Origin: Octopus vulgaris
Taxonomy: Eukaryota
Direction of reading: 5' to 3'
DNA length: 64,000 bases
Assembly: GCA_951406725.2 (NCBI GenBank)
Contig: OX597833.1
Location: forward strand, 47,864,001 to 47,928,000
Both the position numbers and the translations under genes were made by a program. Positions 1-13,299 of the stretch are shown here, piece by piece (the stretch's first letter is position 1; every line of letters begins with the position of its first letter). The notes beneath the pieces were generated by a model. That model was given only the letters and a program-made list of their open reading frames with translations. It was not told the DNA's origin and did not search any database.

Positions 1-117
1 AAAACGACTAATATGTGTATTTTCTATTAGCAAAATGACTGTCCCAAAGCATATCAACATCTGATTCAACACATGATTTCTCTGGAAGAAATCTTGCAAA
101 ACAAATACAAAAACAAT

Positions 118-199
118 GTGTCTGTCTGTCTGTCTACCTACCTACCTACCTACCTACCTACCTACCTACCTATCTATCTATCTATCTATCTAAATGTGT

Positions 200-272
<73 letters not shown>
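118..272. repeat. compound microsatellite (TCTG)n(CTAC)n(CTAT)n(TA)n
   Basis: Directly visible. Confidence 0.95.
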
Positions 273-275
<3 letters not shown>

Positions 276-2231
276 GAGAGTTTACGAAAAAAACGAAAGA
301 CGAAGACAGGTGGTGTACAAAACAAACAGATGTATTAGTATAATGCAGGTGTGACTGTGCAGTAAGAAGTTTGGTTTCCAACCACATGGTTCCGGGTTCA
401 GTACCACTACGTAACATCTTGGTTAAGCATCTTCATAACCCTGTTTCAACCAAAGCCTTGTGAATGAATTTGTAGACGGAAACTGAAAGAAGTCCGTCGT
501 ACTATTTATATATAAACATTGTCATTCATATATATGTCGATCATGAATGATATTTTTGTATTTTCCCGAATTGTTTGTCTGTCCTCTCTGTGTTTGGCCC
601 CTTGTGGGTAGTAAAGAAATAGGTATTTCGTCTGCTGTTACGTTCTGAGTTCTAATTCCGCCGATGTCAATTTTATCTTTCATTGCTTCGGAATCAATAA
701 AATAAAGAACAGTCTCCCAGTTATATGTATCTAAAACCAAAGATAGGCTTGCATCTTTTACTTATATATGTATATATATATTTAGATATAGATAGATTGA
801 TTTCTAGATATATTTTGCTAAGACATAGCGATAGCAAAAACTATCCTGGTGTTATATGTGTGTGTTTGTGAGTCTATCTAACCGCTTGACAACCGGTATT
901 GGTTTGTTTGAGTCATAATAAGTTAACGGTGCGCTAAAGAGACTGATAGAATAAATACTAAGCTTAAAAATAAGTACTGGGGTCGATGTATTCGATCAAA
1001 ACCCTTCAAGGTGGTGCCCAATCATGGCCGCAGTCCAATGACTGAAATAAGTAAAAATATAATAAATGTGTCTATCTTTGGTTTTAGGTACATATGATTG
1101 TGGGATTGCTAAAGAAACCAAAACAATCCGGAAATAAACCAAAAGAGCACAAGATATCGACATATACATATACAAGACAATGTTTATATACGTATAAATG
1201 TTTATATATAAAAAGGGAGTGTAAACCGAATAGGGAGTGTGTGCGCGCGTATATATATTCTTTTAATTTTTTCAATTAGAGCAAAATCGACGTGAAAATG
1301 AAATAAAAATTATTAAATCACAATTTCACGCAGCGAAAATAAGCGAAAACGTGGAAGCACATCTTTTTATGGGTTGAATTAATTTTTTGCTGTTCATTTT
1401 TTTTTCTTTCACGTAGAATTTGCTTTTTGTCATTCTTCGAATCCAAATAAAAACGAAATACTATTGTTTATTAACCCGAAGTTTCCCATCAGCTGCCAAA
1501 CGAAATGTTACACACTGCAGTTTGCTTAAAGTACAAAAGGACCCCCGTATTCAACCCCCGTTTTACCCCAGTTTCCAATTTAATTTGCAAGACTTAACTC
1601 AACCTTCGGCTATCATGAGAGAACAAAAAAATTGTCGAATGTAGTATGATCGAACCCGAATTTTCCAAGGCTGGGTGGTGAACCTCTTAATCATTGGGGT
1701 ATATTTCTCGTCCATGTATCACTAATACTGTAGATACTTTGCTTAAATGATTTTGCTCAATAAAATTGCTGGTAATTAGGTTTATATTTATTTCCTTTTG
1801 GTTAAATTTTCGTAAATTATGGTCTCCCATGGAGGACAGACACCGGTTGCAGAATATTGTTCTATATAATAATAATAAATAGCATAATGATGTTTGTTTA
1901 ACTTTAAGTCTAGTCCTTGATAGAGGAGACGTGTACATTTTATAATATATCATTGCTTTTTAGCTCTTTAGTTAATATGGATAGAATAGACATGTAATTT
2001 ATTAGGGATGCAGAATATAAAAGGTGGATTATTGAGTGAACTGTTCTCGTAATGGGACATCTGTTGTATTAGAACATCGTCAACAATACATACAAGCTGT
2101 ATGCATTATAGTGTGTATATATTCTTTACCTCAACACTAAATTGTTTGAGTGAATGAATAATATATATATATACTCGTGCGCGCATGTGTTTGTGTATAT
2201 ATAGAAAGACCATATATATATATTTATATAC

Positions 2232-2344
2232 TAAGTAATTAAGGGTTTAGCAACGATTTGCCTCACCACACACCGAATTTAGAAATAGCAGTCAAAGAGT
2301 TTTGGCTTGGTGAGGCAAATCGTTGCTAAACCTCTAATTACTTA
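2232..2344. repeat. ~37-bp inverted repeat with ~39-nt spacer, probably a Penelope-like terminus
   Basis: taagtaattaagggtttagcaacgatttgcctcacca ... tggtgaggcaaatcgttgctaaacctctaattactta; embedded in TA-rich tracts. Confidence 0.7.
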
Positions 2345-3078
2345 AACCTTCCTTGAATGGGGCTTTTACATGCCGAAATCTAATTGGTGAAATTAATGAT
2401 TATTCCAAATTAATTAATTTCACCCTATATTATTATTGATAATTATATTTATATATATGCACACTACTTCAATACTAAAAAGTATGTGTTTACAGATGCT
2501 AATTCATACAGAAGTAAACACGAAAAACACTAAAAAAACATGATATTTAGATTACTATCGTAATATATGAATAATTTCTGAGATCATTTGTTGAATAGTA
2601 CAGGAAATATACATGATATATATATAGATGCTATATCGGGTCGTGCTTGGCGCGTTAATTTACACCACTATACATCGTATAAATTTATTTAAATTTAATT
2701 TAATGTAGGAAAATATAAACGAAAAAATCTTATTTAATTAGTGCCATCATTAAATTCATGCTCCAGGTGAAAAACGAACAACGACTGAAGCTTGCAACGG
2801 TTGTTAAATACAATGGAAGTGCATTTATAATCCCAATGATAAATGACCGCCAACCACTTGCTGCTGGACTGCAGTAATAATAATAAATGAATTTGAGTCA
2901 AAAAGTGATGAGGAAGCTGAGAGTAAGCTCTGACTGTTTTTCATTCACGCGGGTTTAATCTCAAACATATATAAATGTAATTTGACCGTTGTCGGACCTA
3001 TTTATCATTTGGGGCTGCTAATTTAAGAAGAAAGCCACCTTAATTTCCATTGACATATAACTAGAAAGAAAGACATAT

Positions 3079-3113
<35 letters not shown>

Positions 3114-3511
3114 CGTGTGTATGTGTGTGTGTATCGATGGATGTATATGTATATACACTGGATGGTGCTTAGGAAATCGTATAGAAAGTATCTACTGGTG
3201 TCATCGGATTTAATGGAAATCATACATAAAGTAAGTTATTAATAACAGATTTTTACAAATTTACTGTTATTTGTGTTATCATTAGGGAGATAATTAGCAC
3301 ATATTTTAATTATATTTTTAACAGACGCACTTGTTACTGTAGTTACTAGATTTCACTGAAATGGTGCCGTGCACTTGCTTACTTTAAACAGATAAAAATC
3401 GTATAGTATTGATATTGATATCGATGATCAAATATTTCGTTAATAATATTTGCATCGCCATTTCTCAACCACACACATATAGAAGTATATATACACATAT
3501 ACACACACGTG

Positions 3512-3569
<58 letters not shown>

Positions 3570-4313
3570 TATATTTATATATATACATATACCACATGAT
3601 TCTGATCTATATCGAAATAATTAATCAGTGACTAATACTGTTTTTTCTTCATCTCATAATTTATTTATTGGTACTAGTACCTTATTTATATAAGCTTTTT
3701 TAATGCTCATTATATTAAACTGTCCCACTAACATAATGACACACACACACGTATGTATGTGTGTATTTTTACAACCGTGACATTTGTTGTTATTTAAATG
3801 ATATTTGTCAGATGTTATTATCAGATGTTATTATTTGTTCAGTTACTGTTGTTAAGGTGAGAAACAATATAATTAGAACACCTGTACACATCAACACAAA
3901 ACCGTCAAGCATCGTTTAAAAGCACTGTCTGCTCAACGTACCTTAAAAATTACCATATTTTTTCTAAATGAAATAGTTTCAAATATAAATCTTTTTTTAT
4001 AGCCGTGATGGATATATAATACTATACATTTCGGATAATAAAGATCAACCGTGTATACATGTGTGTATGTATGTATATATATATATATATATACATACAT
4101 ACTCACACATATATATATTTATAACCTCCTTGACATGTCTCGTTAATTGCTACGTTTTATTATTATTAATATTGTTGGCAATATTAAAACGGTTGTTTTT
4201 AATAATTACGTGGTTATATATTAATAATTGTTACTGAAAACTGCTGTGGAAGTTAAGCTTTGACTGTTTTGTTTATGTATGTGATGTGTGTGTAATATAC
4301 ATACATGCATACA

Positions 4314-4363
<50 letters not shown>

Positions 4364-5552
4364 CAACCATGTGGCTCGTTATAAAATGGACAATTAATAA
4401 GTTCATTTCTATCCAAAGAGTAACCTTAATTTATTCTGTGCACATGAAGGCATAACTGTCATGTCATGACAATTCTGAAAGTACACTTTTTTTTTTGCAA
4501 ATGACAGCAATTTATTTCTGTTAAAATACAGAAGAAAAAAAATAACATTAGTTAAATTTATAGTCTGTTATTTTCTCGGTAGAATAAAGTAATTCATTTA
4601 ATTAATACATAAGTAAATCAGCAATTTATTAATGTTTAAAAATGCGTTTGTATCACGCAGGGGCTAATGTGTTTATATTAATGTGTGACAGAAGAAAAAA
4701 AAATAGTAACATTAGTTTAAATTTACATTCCGTTATTTGTTACTAGAATAAATACAAAGTGTATTATTTAATTAATACATAACCAATTAGATGATTATTC
4801 ATTTATGCTTTAAAAAAAGATAATTGCGTTTGAATCAAGACACGGGGTCCCTTCTGTGTTTGCATTGGGTGTGGCGATATATGATGGTGTTATGTACCGA
4901 CTCTAAACACCAGTTGCAATTTCAGCTTGTGTATATATTGTATACATCACATTATTATTATTATTAGGAGCCTTGAGTTAATAAATTTTTTAGCGGAGCA
5001 AATTAATCATTTATGAATATTCTGTTGATAATTGTTCCTTGCCAGTCGTGTAATCATAACTGCAATCAATTTACTGTAATATAATATACAGGAATTGTTT
5101 AGTCATTGCGCACTTATTTCACACCTTGCTTCCTCTTTCTAAAAACGTGTTGGTATTTTTATTATTAACCCTGGAGAAATGTAACGCAAGAACTACACCA
5201 GTTCAGCTGAAAGGTCTTTCAATGAGATAATGCAATAATGTAACGTATCTTTCTTTAGTCCTTTCAATGTTTTTTTTTATTTATATAAGACAGAATTTTA
5301 TCTTTGGAATGACATAATTTTAATTTACTGTAATTTTTTAAAATTACTACTAAAAATACCTATATTTTACTTTCACATTAAGGCTGGAATTAAACATGTG
5401 GATTTTCTTTTCTTTTTTTTTCATTACAAATCATTTCCCTAATAGTGCATAATATCAATGCAAAACAAATATATCTAGTTTTCACTGAACACTGATGTAA
5501 ACCTGAGAACTAGGATGCTAGCATCCCTTAAAGCATTATAGGTCCTTGACAC

Positions 5553-5588
<36 letters not shown>

Positions 5589-6349
5589 TTGACGTTTCTC
5601 TAAAGATTACAGCCACTTGTTCAACTAACAGCATGTTATCATCGTGGTTAGATTTTGATAATATTTGTCTTATTGTAGAGTTTATTTGATAAAATTTCGA
5701 TTGTGCCTACTACATAAGTAAAACCTGAAGGATCCATCCATTCTTTCATTAATTTAACGCTAATCATAATCTATATTGAAGCTCTTATCTCATGATGGAG
5801 CAACATATTTTGCAGTTGTTTTTTTGTTTTCTGTTGTAATCTATTTGTAAATGAAGGTACGAGGGTTCAAAGCTATTTCGTATCGGAATTAACATTTAGA
5901 ATAAATATTTTTTTTTGTTAGTGTATGTATTTATTTATAAATTCGTTGGGAAAAAGATTTGAGTAATCGTATTCCTTTTGGGATTAATTATCAAGTATTA
6001 TAGTCCCTAAATCAGTTCTTTTAATTAAATCGGATTATTATATGTGTTACTGTTTTAATTTATAATATGTATTATCAATCTGTGTGTGTGTTTGTGTGTG
6101 CGTATTATTTATAACCTTTGTTTTGGGGAAATACGAGTGGGGAAAAAACAAAAGATTCCTTATCAGTTACGTAATTCCTTGATAAGGGATTAAAAAATAA
6201 TATGGCACTAGAGACGAAAGATCGCCAATATATTTTTATATATCGTTGATTTCAAACCGAACTGATGAAGTTTTAACATTCGATTCCGAAATGTCTAAGC
6301 AGTGTTTATTAATTAGTAATAAGGTTGACAGTTTAATTTTTATCAACAG

Positions 6350-6600
6350 GTGCGATTGTCAACGGAACGTAGTGGAGATAAAGAAAAGTAAGGCATTCAC
6401 GATAATGCTGGATACTATCGATAATCTAGGACGCATCTCTGATTAATTAAAGCATTAAATCTAAAACCTTGCACTTGAAATGGATGCAAATATTCGAGTA
6501 GTATGCATCGATTGTACTATTATTGATCTCAACGATTTCATCATTCTACTTTACGTTTCAGTTTTGTATATTTTCCGATTGTCTTCAGTTATGTGTAATA
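6350..6600 (+). mobile_element. old hAT-transposase-like relic (copy 1; copy 2 at ~10270-10600)
   Basis: Translates to NVVEIKKSKAFTIMLDT, resembling the hAT/ZMYM1-like motif IVxEIKxAxxFSIxxDE. Homologous to 10270-10600. Confidence 0.45.
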
Positions 6601-6859
6601 AAATTGAATTCACATGCTTCTTTTTTCACACGGTTTAAGGCTCTTGATCATTAATTACTTCGCTTTTCTCTTCATTAAAATGAAAAAAAAATATTAGCCA
6701 CATTTAGGTCCTTTTGAAATGAACACGTCAACTACGATTACTTAGGGAAAAAAATATCATAAAAACCCCAAACACACTAAAACAGATCGGCAAACTGTAT
6801 GTTCAGACGGATCCCAGACTAAAGTGAAACTTTAAACCTGACAAATTTATTGTTATTCA

Positions 6860-7137
6860 GGATCTTTTCGGTTTGAACGGCAGTTTTTAACATAATTTCT
6901 AGGTAACTAAAAAAATTTTAAGCTTCGTATACTGGTAGAATGTGTTTATAAAACATCATTTTCTCTTGGCTTTCTTGAGAAAATTCTGTAGTTTGTAACA
7001 TATTTCGTATCTTTTCGGTTTGAACGGCAGTTTTTAACATAATTTCTAGTTTGTAACATATTTCGGATCTTTTCGGTTTGAACGGCAGTTTTTTAACATA
7101 ATTTCTAGGTAACTAAAGAATTTTAAACTTCGTATAC
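6860..7137. mobile_element. three direct copies of one end of the GGATCTTTTCGGTTTGAACGGCAG-TIR MITE
   Basis: TIR sequence repeated at ~6860, ~7007 and ~7066; same element as 40477-40892. Confidence 0.8.
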
Positions 7138-7529
7138 CGTCATTCATTGAGGTATCAGAGTTGTATGTTAATAGAACTAATGCAGAATGGGGTTTCAAAA
7201 ACATTGTCATCTTATTTTCTGTTATTACTATCTTGATGAATAGGACCTCGGTAATATAACGACATCTGGTTTTCTTGTTTAGTTGTTTAAAATTAAACCA
7301 TACAACTTCCCCCCACGTCTTTCTTTCGATATCTCCGCTCTTATTTTGAATATTGTTTACTTTCAACTCATGACTTAGTAACCCAGAGTGCTTTGTTCAT
7401 TCATACTAATACTAATACTTTCAGTAGCTTCTATCTTATCAGCAGCATCGTTTTTTAAATCCGATCATTGCTTATTTTAAAATCCAGTGTATATCTCAGT
7501 TTGTGTGTGTGTGTGTATTCGTGTTAGTA

Positions 7530-8690
7530 TTCACAGTATGTCTTGCCAAATGTTGCTGTTCTTTATCATCTCTATTGTAAGGTTCAGCCTCTTGCGATAA
7601 CCTACTCGTGTCTTCTTTTTCCAAAAGTCCCTCCCATTTGAATTACTTGATTTTTCTTTTATCTTACTGTCATTTTTCAAATGCATCACATGTCTATACC
7701 CCAGCTCAGTCTTCTCACTTGCATGCTACGTCTGATTCCTCTAATACCCATTTTTTCCTCTGCACATCGTGTGCTCTGTTATTCATGCAACTAACATTAC
7801 ACATCTTGAGAGTATATTTGCCTTATCTCTTTTTTCAAGACTGCATTCAATGCCCATGCTTCACCACCATGCCACATTGTGCTTCATGCACAACCATCGT
7901 ACAATTTATATTTCACTTGAAAAGAGAATCTCTCTGTTGCCAGTTTCATTCTTACTGAGGCCACTATGCTGTTGGACATGCTCTTGTGATCTCACAGCAT
8001 TTCTTGTGTGCCCATCGTTTATATAAAGTACCTTGTACTCTTTTTCTGCATATCAAGTATATTGAACATGGTTATTTCTCTGATTACAATGGAGTTCTGT
8101 TTTCTTTCATGTGAAGTAAATCTCTTGTCTTATTATAAATTAAGATACCTTGATTTTAGGTTTTGTTCCCCCATCTTGAATTTCTTTACTAGAATTTCTT
8201 TACTAATTCTTTTCTACTCTAGGCACAAGGTCCGAAATTTTGTGGGAGGGGGCCAGTAGATTAGATCGACCCCAGTATGCAACTGGTACTTAATTTATCG
8301 ATCCCGAAAGGATGAAAGGCAAAGTCGACCTCGGCAGAATTTGAACTCAGAACGTAACGGCAGATGAAATACCCATTTCTTTACTACCCACAAGGGGCTA
8401 AACACAGAGAGGACAAACAAACGGATTAAGTCGATTACATAGACCCCAGTGTGTAACTGGTACTTATTTAATTGATCCCGAAAGGATGAAAGGCAAAGTC
8501 GACCTCAGCGGAATTTGAACTCAGAACGTAGTGCTAGACAAAATACCGCTAAGCATTTTGCCCAGCGTGATGACGTTTCTGCCAGCTCGCCACCTTTTTC
8601 TAAACTAATTCTTCAGCATATCAATCTATGAGAACTAGGTCATCAACATGCAAACGTTTCCATTGACAGTCAATCTTCAATACCAAAAGC
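7530..8690 (-). mobile_element. highly degenerate RTE-type LINE fragment, interrupted by a SINE at 8205-8597
   Basis: Minus strand near 8655-8600 reads W..LHVDDLVLI...EEL, a decayed WELLYADDLVL RT motif. Downstream sequence resembles the RTE C-terminus. Confidence 0.5.
8205..8597 (-). mobile_element. SINE family B (Deu/Nin-like core GCCTTTCATCCTTTCGGGGTCGATAAA), tandem units
   Basis: Same family at ~570-715, 20390-20600, 29220-29440, 41290-41518, 50653-51225, 56575-57040 and 63240-63402. Has a box-B-like GAGTTCAAATTCC. Confidence 0.8.
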
Positions 8691-8742
8691 TGTGCTTAGT
8701 AATAAAAAGTTGACAGTTTATCTTTAACTCTTTAGCTTTTAA

Positions 8743-8951
8743 CCCTTTAGCGTTTGCATTATTCTATCAAAATTAATCCCTTTTTATCCACATTGTTTTG
8801 AACTAATCATGCCTTATCTTGTAGTTAGGAGATTTTGATGAGGCAGATGTTAATTTTTAAAACGATATTGTAGGGTTGGTGTGAGACCAGATCTGGCCAG
8901 TTTGAACATAAAACAGGCAGAATACTTTTGGCCGGTTTAAATGCTAAAGGG
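8743..8951. mobile_element. piggyBac-type MITE
   Basis: TTAA|CCCTTTAGC ... GCTAAAGGG|TTAA; relatives at 36873-37092 and 60666-61228. Confidence 0.8.
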
Positions 8952-9236
8952 TTAAACCAGCCATAACCAAACATTTTGTGGACGGATGTGTGAATTTGAT
9001 GTTGTTCAAAGGGGGTATGGAACCAGCATGATGCGGCAAAGGCAAACCAGCATATGCTGTCGGGCCTGCTGCTGATATTGGGGGTTGCGTTATATACCTT
9101 GACCTGAGCAAAGAACGGGGCTTGCCTCTTTGAGCTGGGAAATGAATGGAATACCTGGTGTGTGTCTTGTTGTGGCTACCCGCTCCTAGAAAAATGGGGA
9201 ATAGGCCTGAGTATATAAACAAAAAATAACCAACCA

Positions 9237-9630
9237 GGAGTGGCTGTGTGGTAAGTAGCTTGCTAACCAACCACATGGTTCCGGGTTCAGTCCCACTGCG
9301 TGGCATCTTGGGCAAGTGTCTTCTGCTATAGCCCCGGGCCAACCAATGCCTTGTGAGTGGATTTGGTAGACGGAAACTGAAAGAAGCCTGTCGTATATAT
9401 GTATATATATGTGTGCGTGTATGTTTGTGTGTCTGTGTTTGTCCCCCTAGCATTGCTTGACAACCGATGCTGGTGTCTTTACATCCCCGTCACTTAGCGG
9501 TTCGGCAAAAGAGACCGATAGAATAAGTACTGGGCTTACAAAGAATAAGTTCCGGGGTCGATTTGCTCGACTAAAGGCGGTGCTCCAGCATGGCCGCAGT
9601 CAAATGACTGAAACAAGTAAAAGAGTAATA
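9237..9630 (+). mobile_element. SINE family A (GGAGTGGCTGTGTGGTAAG head, CORE-like TTGGGCAAGT, internal TA/TG microsatellite, AAAGAGT tail), full copy
   Basis: More than 20 copies in the window, e.g. 9752-10155+, 12793-13190-, 20818-21230-, 25136-25500+, 30142-30542-, 33916-34325-, 49019-49410+, 51617-52006+, 54081-54530+, 59712-60068-. Confidence 0.9.
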
Positions 9631-9751
9631 AAAAAAAAAAAGAGTAACCAAAATATTCTACTAGTTTTATGTTGAAAATTACCAGATACAGCCGCTTACA
9701 CTTACTCTGCAATATCATTCTAAAAATAAACAGCCACTCCTACATAGGCTT

Positions 9752-9898
9752 AGGAGTGGCTGTGTGGTAAGTAGCTTACTTATCAACCATATGGTTCCAG
9801 GTTCAGTCCCACTGCGTGGCACCTTCGGCAGGTGTTTTCTACTGACCAAAGCCTTGTGAGTGGATTTGGTAGACAGAAACTGAAAGAAGCCTGTTGTG

Positions 9899-9945
<47 letters not shown>

Positions 9946-10155
9946 ATATGTTTGTATGTCTGTGTTTGTCTCCCCAACATCGCTTGACAACCGATGCTGG
10001 TGTGTTTACGTCCCCGTAACTTAGTGGTTCAGCAAGAGAGAATGATAGAATAAGTACTAGGCTTACAAAGAATAAGTCCTGGGGGTCGATTTGCTCGACT
10101 AAAGGCAGTGCTCCAGCATGGCCACAGTCACATGACTGAAACAAGTAAGAGAGTA
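9752..10155 (+). mobile_element. SINE family A copy
   Basis: Colinear with 9237-9630. Confidence 0.88.
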
Positions 10156-10620
10156 TGCCGTTGAAATCTTGAAGCTATGAGACGGTGTATGATTAAATCA
10201 AAACAATATGAATAAATAAGCATTATGAGTGACAAAATAATCTGAATGTTAAAGAGTTATGAGTGTGATTGTGAATGAAATGGAACATAGTGGAGATTAA
10301 AAAATTGAGGCATTCTTGGCAATGCTGGATGCAATGATTAGTGTCATAGCTTATCAATGTAGGACATACTTTTGATGAGTTAAACCATTCATTCTAAAAT
10401 ATATATTTCCGAATGCTTTAATACCTTCAAGAGTGAAGCTTTAAATGAAATTTTCCACCTTCAGTTACACTTAATATGAATGCAAACATTTGAGTCACAT
10501 GCATTGATTGTATTATATTGATCTCACTGATTTCATCATTCTACTTGATGTTTTGAACTTGATATATTTTCCGATTGCCCTCAGTTGTTATGTGTAATAA
10601 GATAACAATACACTGTTTAA

Positions 10621-11367
10621 CCCTTTTGTTACATATTTCTGTTGAGATATGCTGCCTTTGATTTAATTACTTTTTAAAATCATCATCATCATTGTTCGAC
10701 CGTGTCGAGACAATGGAATTTACTATGCTACGCCAGACTTCACGGTCCATCATAGCATTACGGAGGTCCTGTTGCTGGATGCCTGTATCCCTGGAGATTA
10801 CATCAGGGTAGGAGAGTGTGCGCTCTCTGGTATCGCGAGTAGATGGCTTCCAGAGGAGAAGAGTAGAAATTGCCTCGTTTTGAGCTCTACAACAATGTCC
10901 AGCAAACTGGACTTTCCTACCTTCCACAAGAGGTGATACAGGTGGTAATTTTCCATATGTTTGTATTTTGGTTGGATGGCGCTTCCACGAGAGATTTTGA
11001 GCTCTCATAAGGAGGCGAGTGTAAGTTCCATCCAACCGCCTCTCAAGCTTCTTTGATAACGTCCAGGTTTCTGAGCCATATAGTAGAATTGCTTCGACTG
11101 TGGCTTTGAAGATTTCAAGTTTGAAGTCTCTACTTAGATCTGATGACCAGATCTTATGCATATCATTACAGGCTGACCAGGCCATACCCTTTCTAGTTTA
11201 AAATACTGAAGAATTTTGTGAAATAACTTTGTCATTATTAAGCTGGTGTCTGGAAGATAAATTAACATAAAATTATGAAGGAAGATTTATGATTCATATC
11301 ACTTGAAAACAGTAAGTTTATGTTGCAGAACCAGGGACAGTCTCAGGCAGGTTGGTATCAAAAAGGG
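10621..11367. mobile_element. piggyBac-type MITE (second family) split by an RTE insertion
   Basis: TTAA|CCCTTTTGTTAC ... GTATCAAAAAGGG|CTAA; relative at 28254-28746. Confidence 0.65.
10681..11196 (-). mobile_element. 5'-truncated RTE-clade LINE (RT C-terminal region, ORF 10667-11185)
   Basis: ILLYGSETWTLSKKLERRLDGTYTRLLMRA...FAGHC is typical of the RTE C-terminus. (GAT)n tail; TSD tttaaaat at 10673-10680 and 11197-11204. Confidence 0.9.
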
Positions 11368-11845
11368 CTAATGCTTGATTGTGCAAACACATGACAGAAA
11401 CTTGTACCTTTGCCACAAAGAAGAGCAAGAATGGCTTCACCAAATAATTCTAATAGGGACCAATTCATTGTAGAAGATAAAATGGTCCATCAGCTCTATC
11501 CTAAATCGATTGGAAACTTGAACTTGATCTTGCAAAAATTTTGACCAACAGAAATTATGCAGCATAAGGCACAGGTGTAGCTGCATGGTTATAAACTTGC
11601 TTCCCAGCAAAGTGTCTTCTACTATAGCCCCAGGCCAACCAAAGCATATAGGTACAGGCATGACCGTGTGGCTAAGAAGCTTGGTACCCAATCATATAGT
11701 CTTGAGTTCAGTTTTCCTGCAAGGCACCTTGGGAAAAGGGTCTTCTACTATAGCAACTAGGTCAACAAAAGATTTGTAAGTGGATTCGACTCTTGAATAT
11801 TGTATATGTGTGTGTATTCTGTATACATGTATGTTGATGTCACAG

Positions 11846-11954
11846 ATGCCATGTTTTTTGGCATCAAGAAATAACAAACAAAAAGTGTGTTTAATCGTTT
11901 TCATTAATAAATAGCGGTCCAAATATCACAAAAATTTGTATTGCACTGCCGAAG
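11846..11954 (+). other. possible non-coding 5'UTR exon of the DIXDC1-like gene
   Basis: Consensus donor GAAG|gtaagt at 11954/11955 lies 201 nt upstream of the 12155 acceptor. Possible acceptor cacag at 11845; left boundary uncertain. Confidence 0.35.
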
Positions 11955-12057
11955 GTAAGTATGAAAATAAATATGCAATAAATGTTAAGATAAAATATAC
12001 TATTTCTGAGATATTTTGGGTACACACGAACATCTCTAGAGTTTTAGTATTATTAAG

Positions 12058-12096
<39 letters not shown>

Positions 12097-12247
12097 TAAC
12101 AAAATTATCGTTCCTTTTTGTATTGACTTTAATTCATTTTTTTACTTATTTTCAGGTAAAAGAGATTTTGAGCGTTTGAAACAAATAAAATGACTAACTG
12201 AATAGAAGAGCTATTGTTATAAATTTGAAGGAATTTTATAAACTGAA

Positions 12248-12331
12248 ATGATGTCAGCCCATGTTTTATCACCATCAACTTCACAGGACTCATCGCCTGG
12301 TTCAGATAGTCCAGTTTTTATGGAATGGAAG
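12248..12331 (+). CDS. DIXDC1: Dixin/DIXDC1-like, candidate first coding exon 1a (MMSAHVLSPSTSQDSSPGSDSPVFMEWK); exon starts at 12156 including 5'UTR
   Basis: Polypyrimidine acceptor ttattttcag ends at 12155. ATGATG at 12248 opens 28 codons to donor AAG|gtcagt. Phase 0 matches the exon at 53141. Confidence 0.65.
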
Positions 12332-12792
12332 GTCAGTATTCTTTGGCCATTACTGTAGTTTTATGCATATTCTTTACACATTCTAGTCTGTTCTTTCTAC
12401 AGATAGTAAATGTATATATTGGTATTTTTAATTCACTTTTTTTAATGAATGCATGAAAGCAGTAAAATGTCAGAAGTATTAACACATTGTATGGAATGTG
12501 TTGAAATATTTCTTCTAGCTCTTTGTATCCTGTGTTCAAAATCCCACTAAGGTCAGTTTTGCTTTCCATCCTTCTAGAATCAATAAAAATGAACCCACTG
12601 ATCTTGGATGGTGGACCGGCAGAAACATTAGAATGCTAGGAATGATAATTTGTAGTATTTATTCTGGCTCTTTATGTTCTGAGTTCAAATCCTATCACAG
12701 TCTTAAGCAGATAGAAAGGATTGAAACTTTATTATGTACAAACTTATGTTAACTGTGGATAGCATTAGAACAATCCATGGTACCCAACCTAT

Positions 12793-13190
12793 TACTCTTT
12801 ACTCTTTTACTTGTTTCAGTCATTTGACTGCAGCCAAGCTGGAGCACCGCCTTTAGTCGAGCAAATCGACCCCAGGACTTATTCTTTGTAAGCCTAGTAC
12901 TTATTCTATTGATATTTTGCTGAACTGCTAAGTTACGGGGACGTAAACACACCACCATCGGTTGTCAAGTGATGTTGGGGGGACAAACACAGACACACAA
13001 AGATATACACACACATATATATATATGACAGGCTTCTTTCAGTTTCTGTCTATCAAATCCACTCACAAGGCTTTGGTCGATCCGAGGCTATAGTAGAAGA
13101 CACTTGCCCAAGGTGCCATGCAGTGGGACTGAACCTGGAACCATGTGATTGGTAAGCAAGCTACATACCACACAGCCACTCCTGTGCCTA
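12793..13190 (-). mobile_element. SINE family A copy
   Basis: Reverse complement of the 9237-9630 consensus. Confidence 0.88.
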
Positions 13191-13299
13191 TATATATTAA
13201 CATGAAATTTTGCTGGAAAGTTTTAATCTAGATGATTGTTTATCTTTAGAATGACATTGTAAGGTAGGTGAAAGAGGCAAGATCTTGTCAGTTTCACAT

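Larger units (their letters stand above)
1200..7140. promoter_or_regulatory. CpG-retaining, SINE-poor region; probable unmethylated promoter or 5' region
   Basis: Visibly more CG dinucleotides and almost no young SINEs compared with the rest of the window; upstream of the gene's first exons. No TSS can be placed. Confidence 0.35.

Noticed and set aside
2771-2880. Possible terminal exon (cag|VKNEQRLKLATVVKYNGSAFIIPMINDRQPLAAGLQ*)
   Set aside because: No recognisable homology, a weak acceptor and no partner exons visible.
8944-9453. 169-aa ORF and many similar GTEPGTMWL / AVFLQLDALPNANH ORFs
   Set aside because: These are chance frames through high-copy SINE families A and C.
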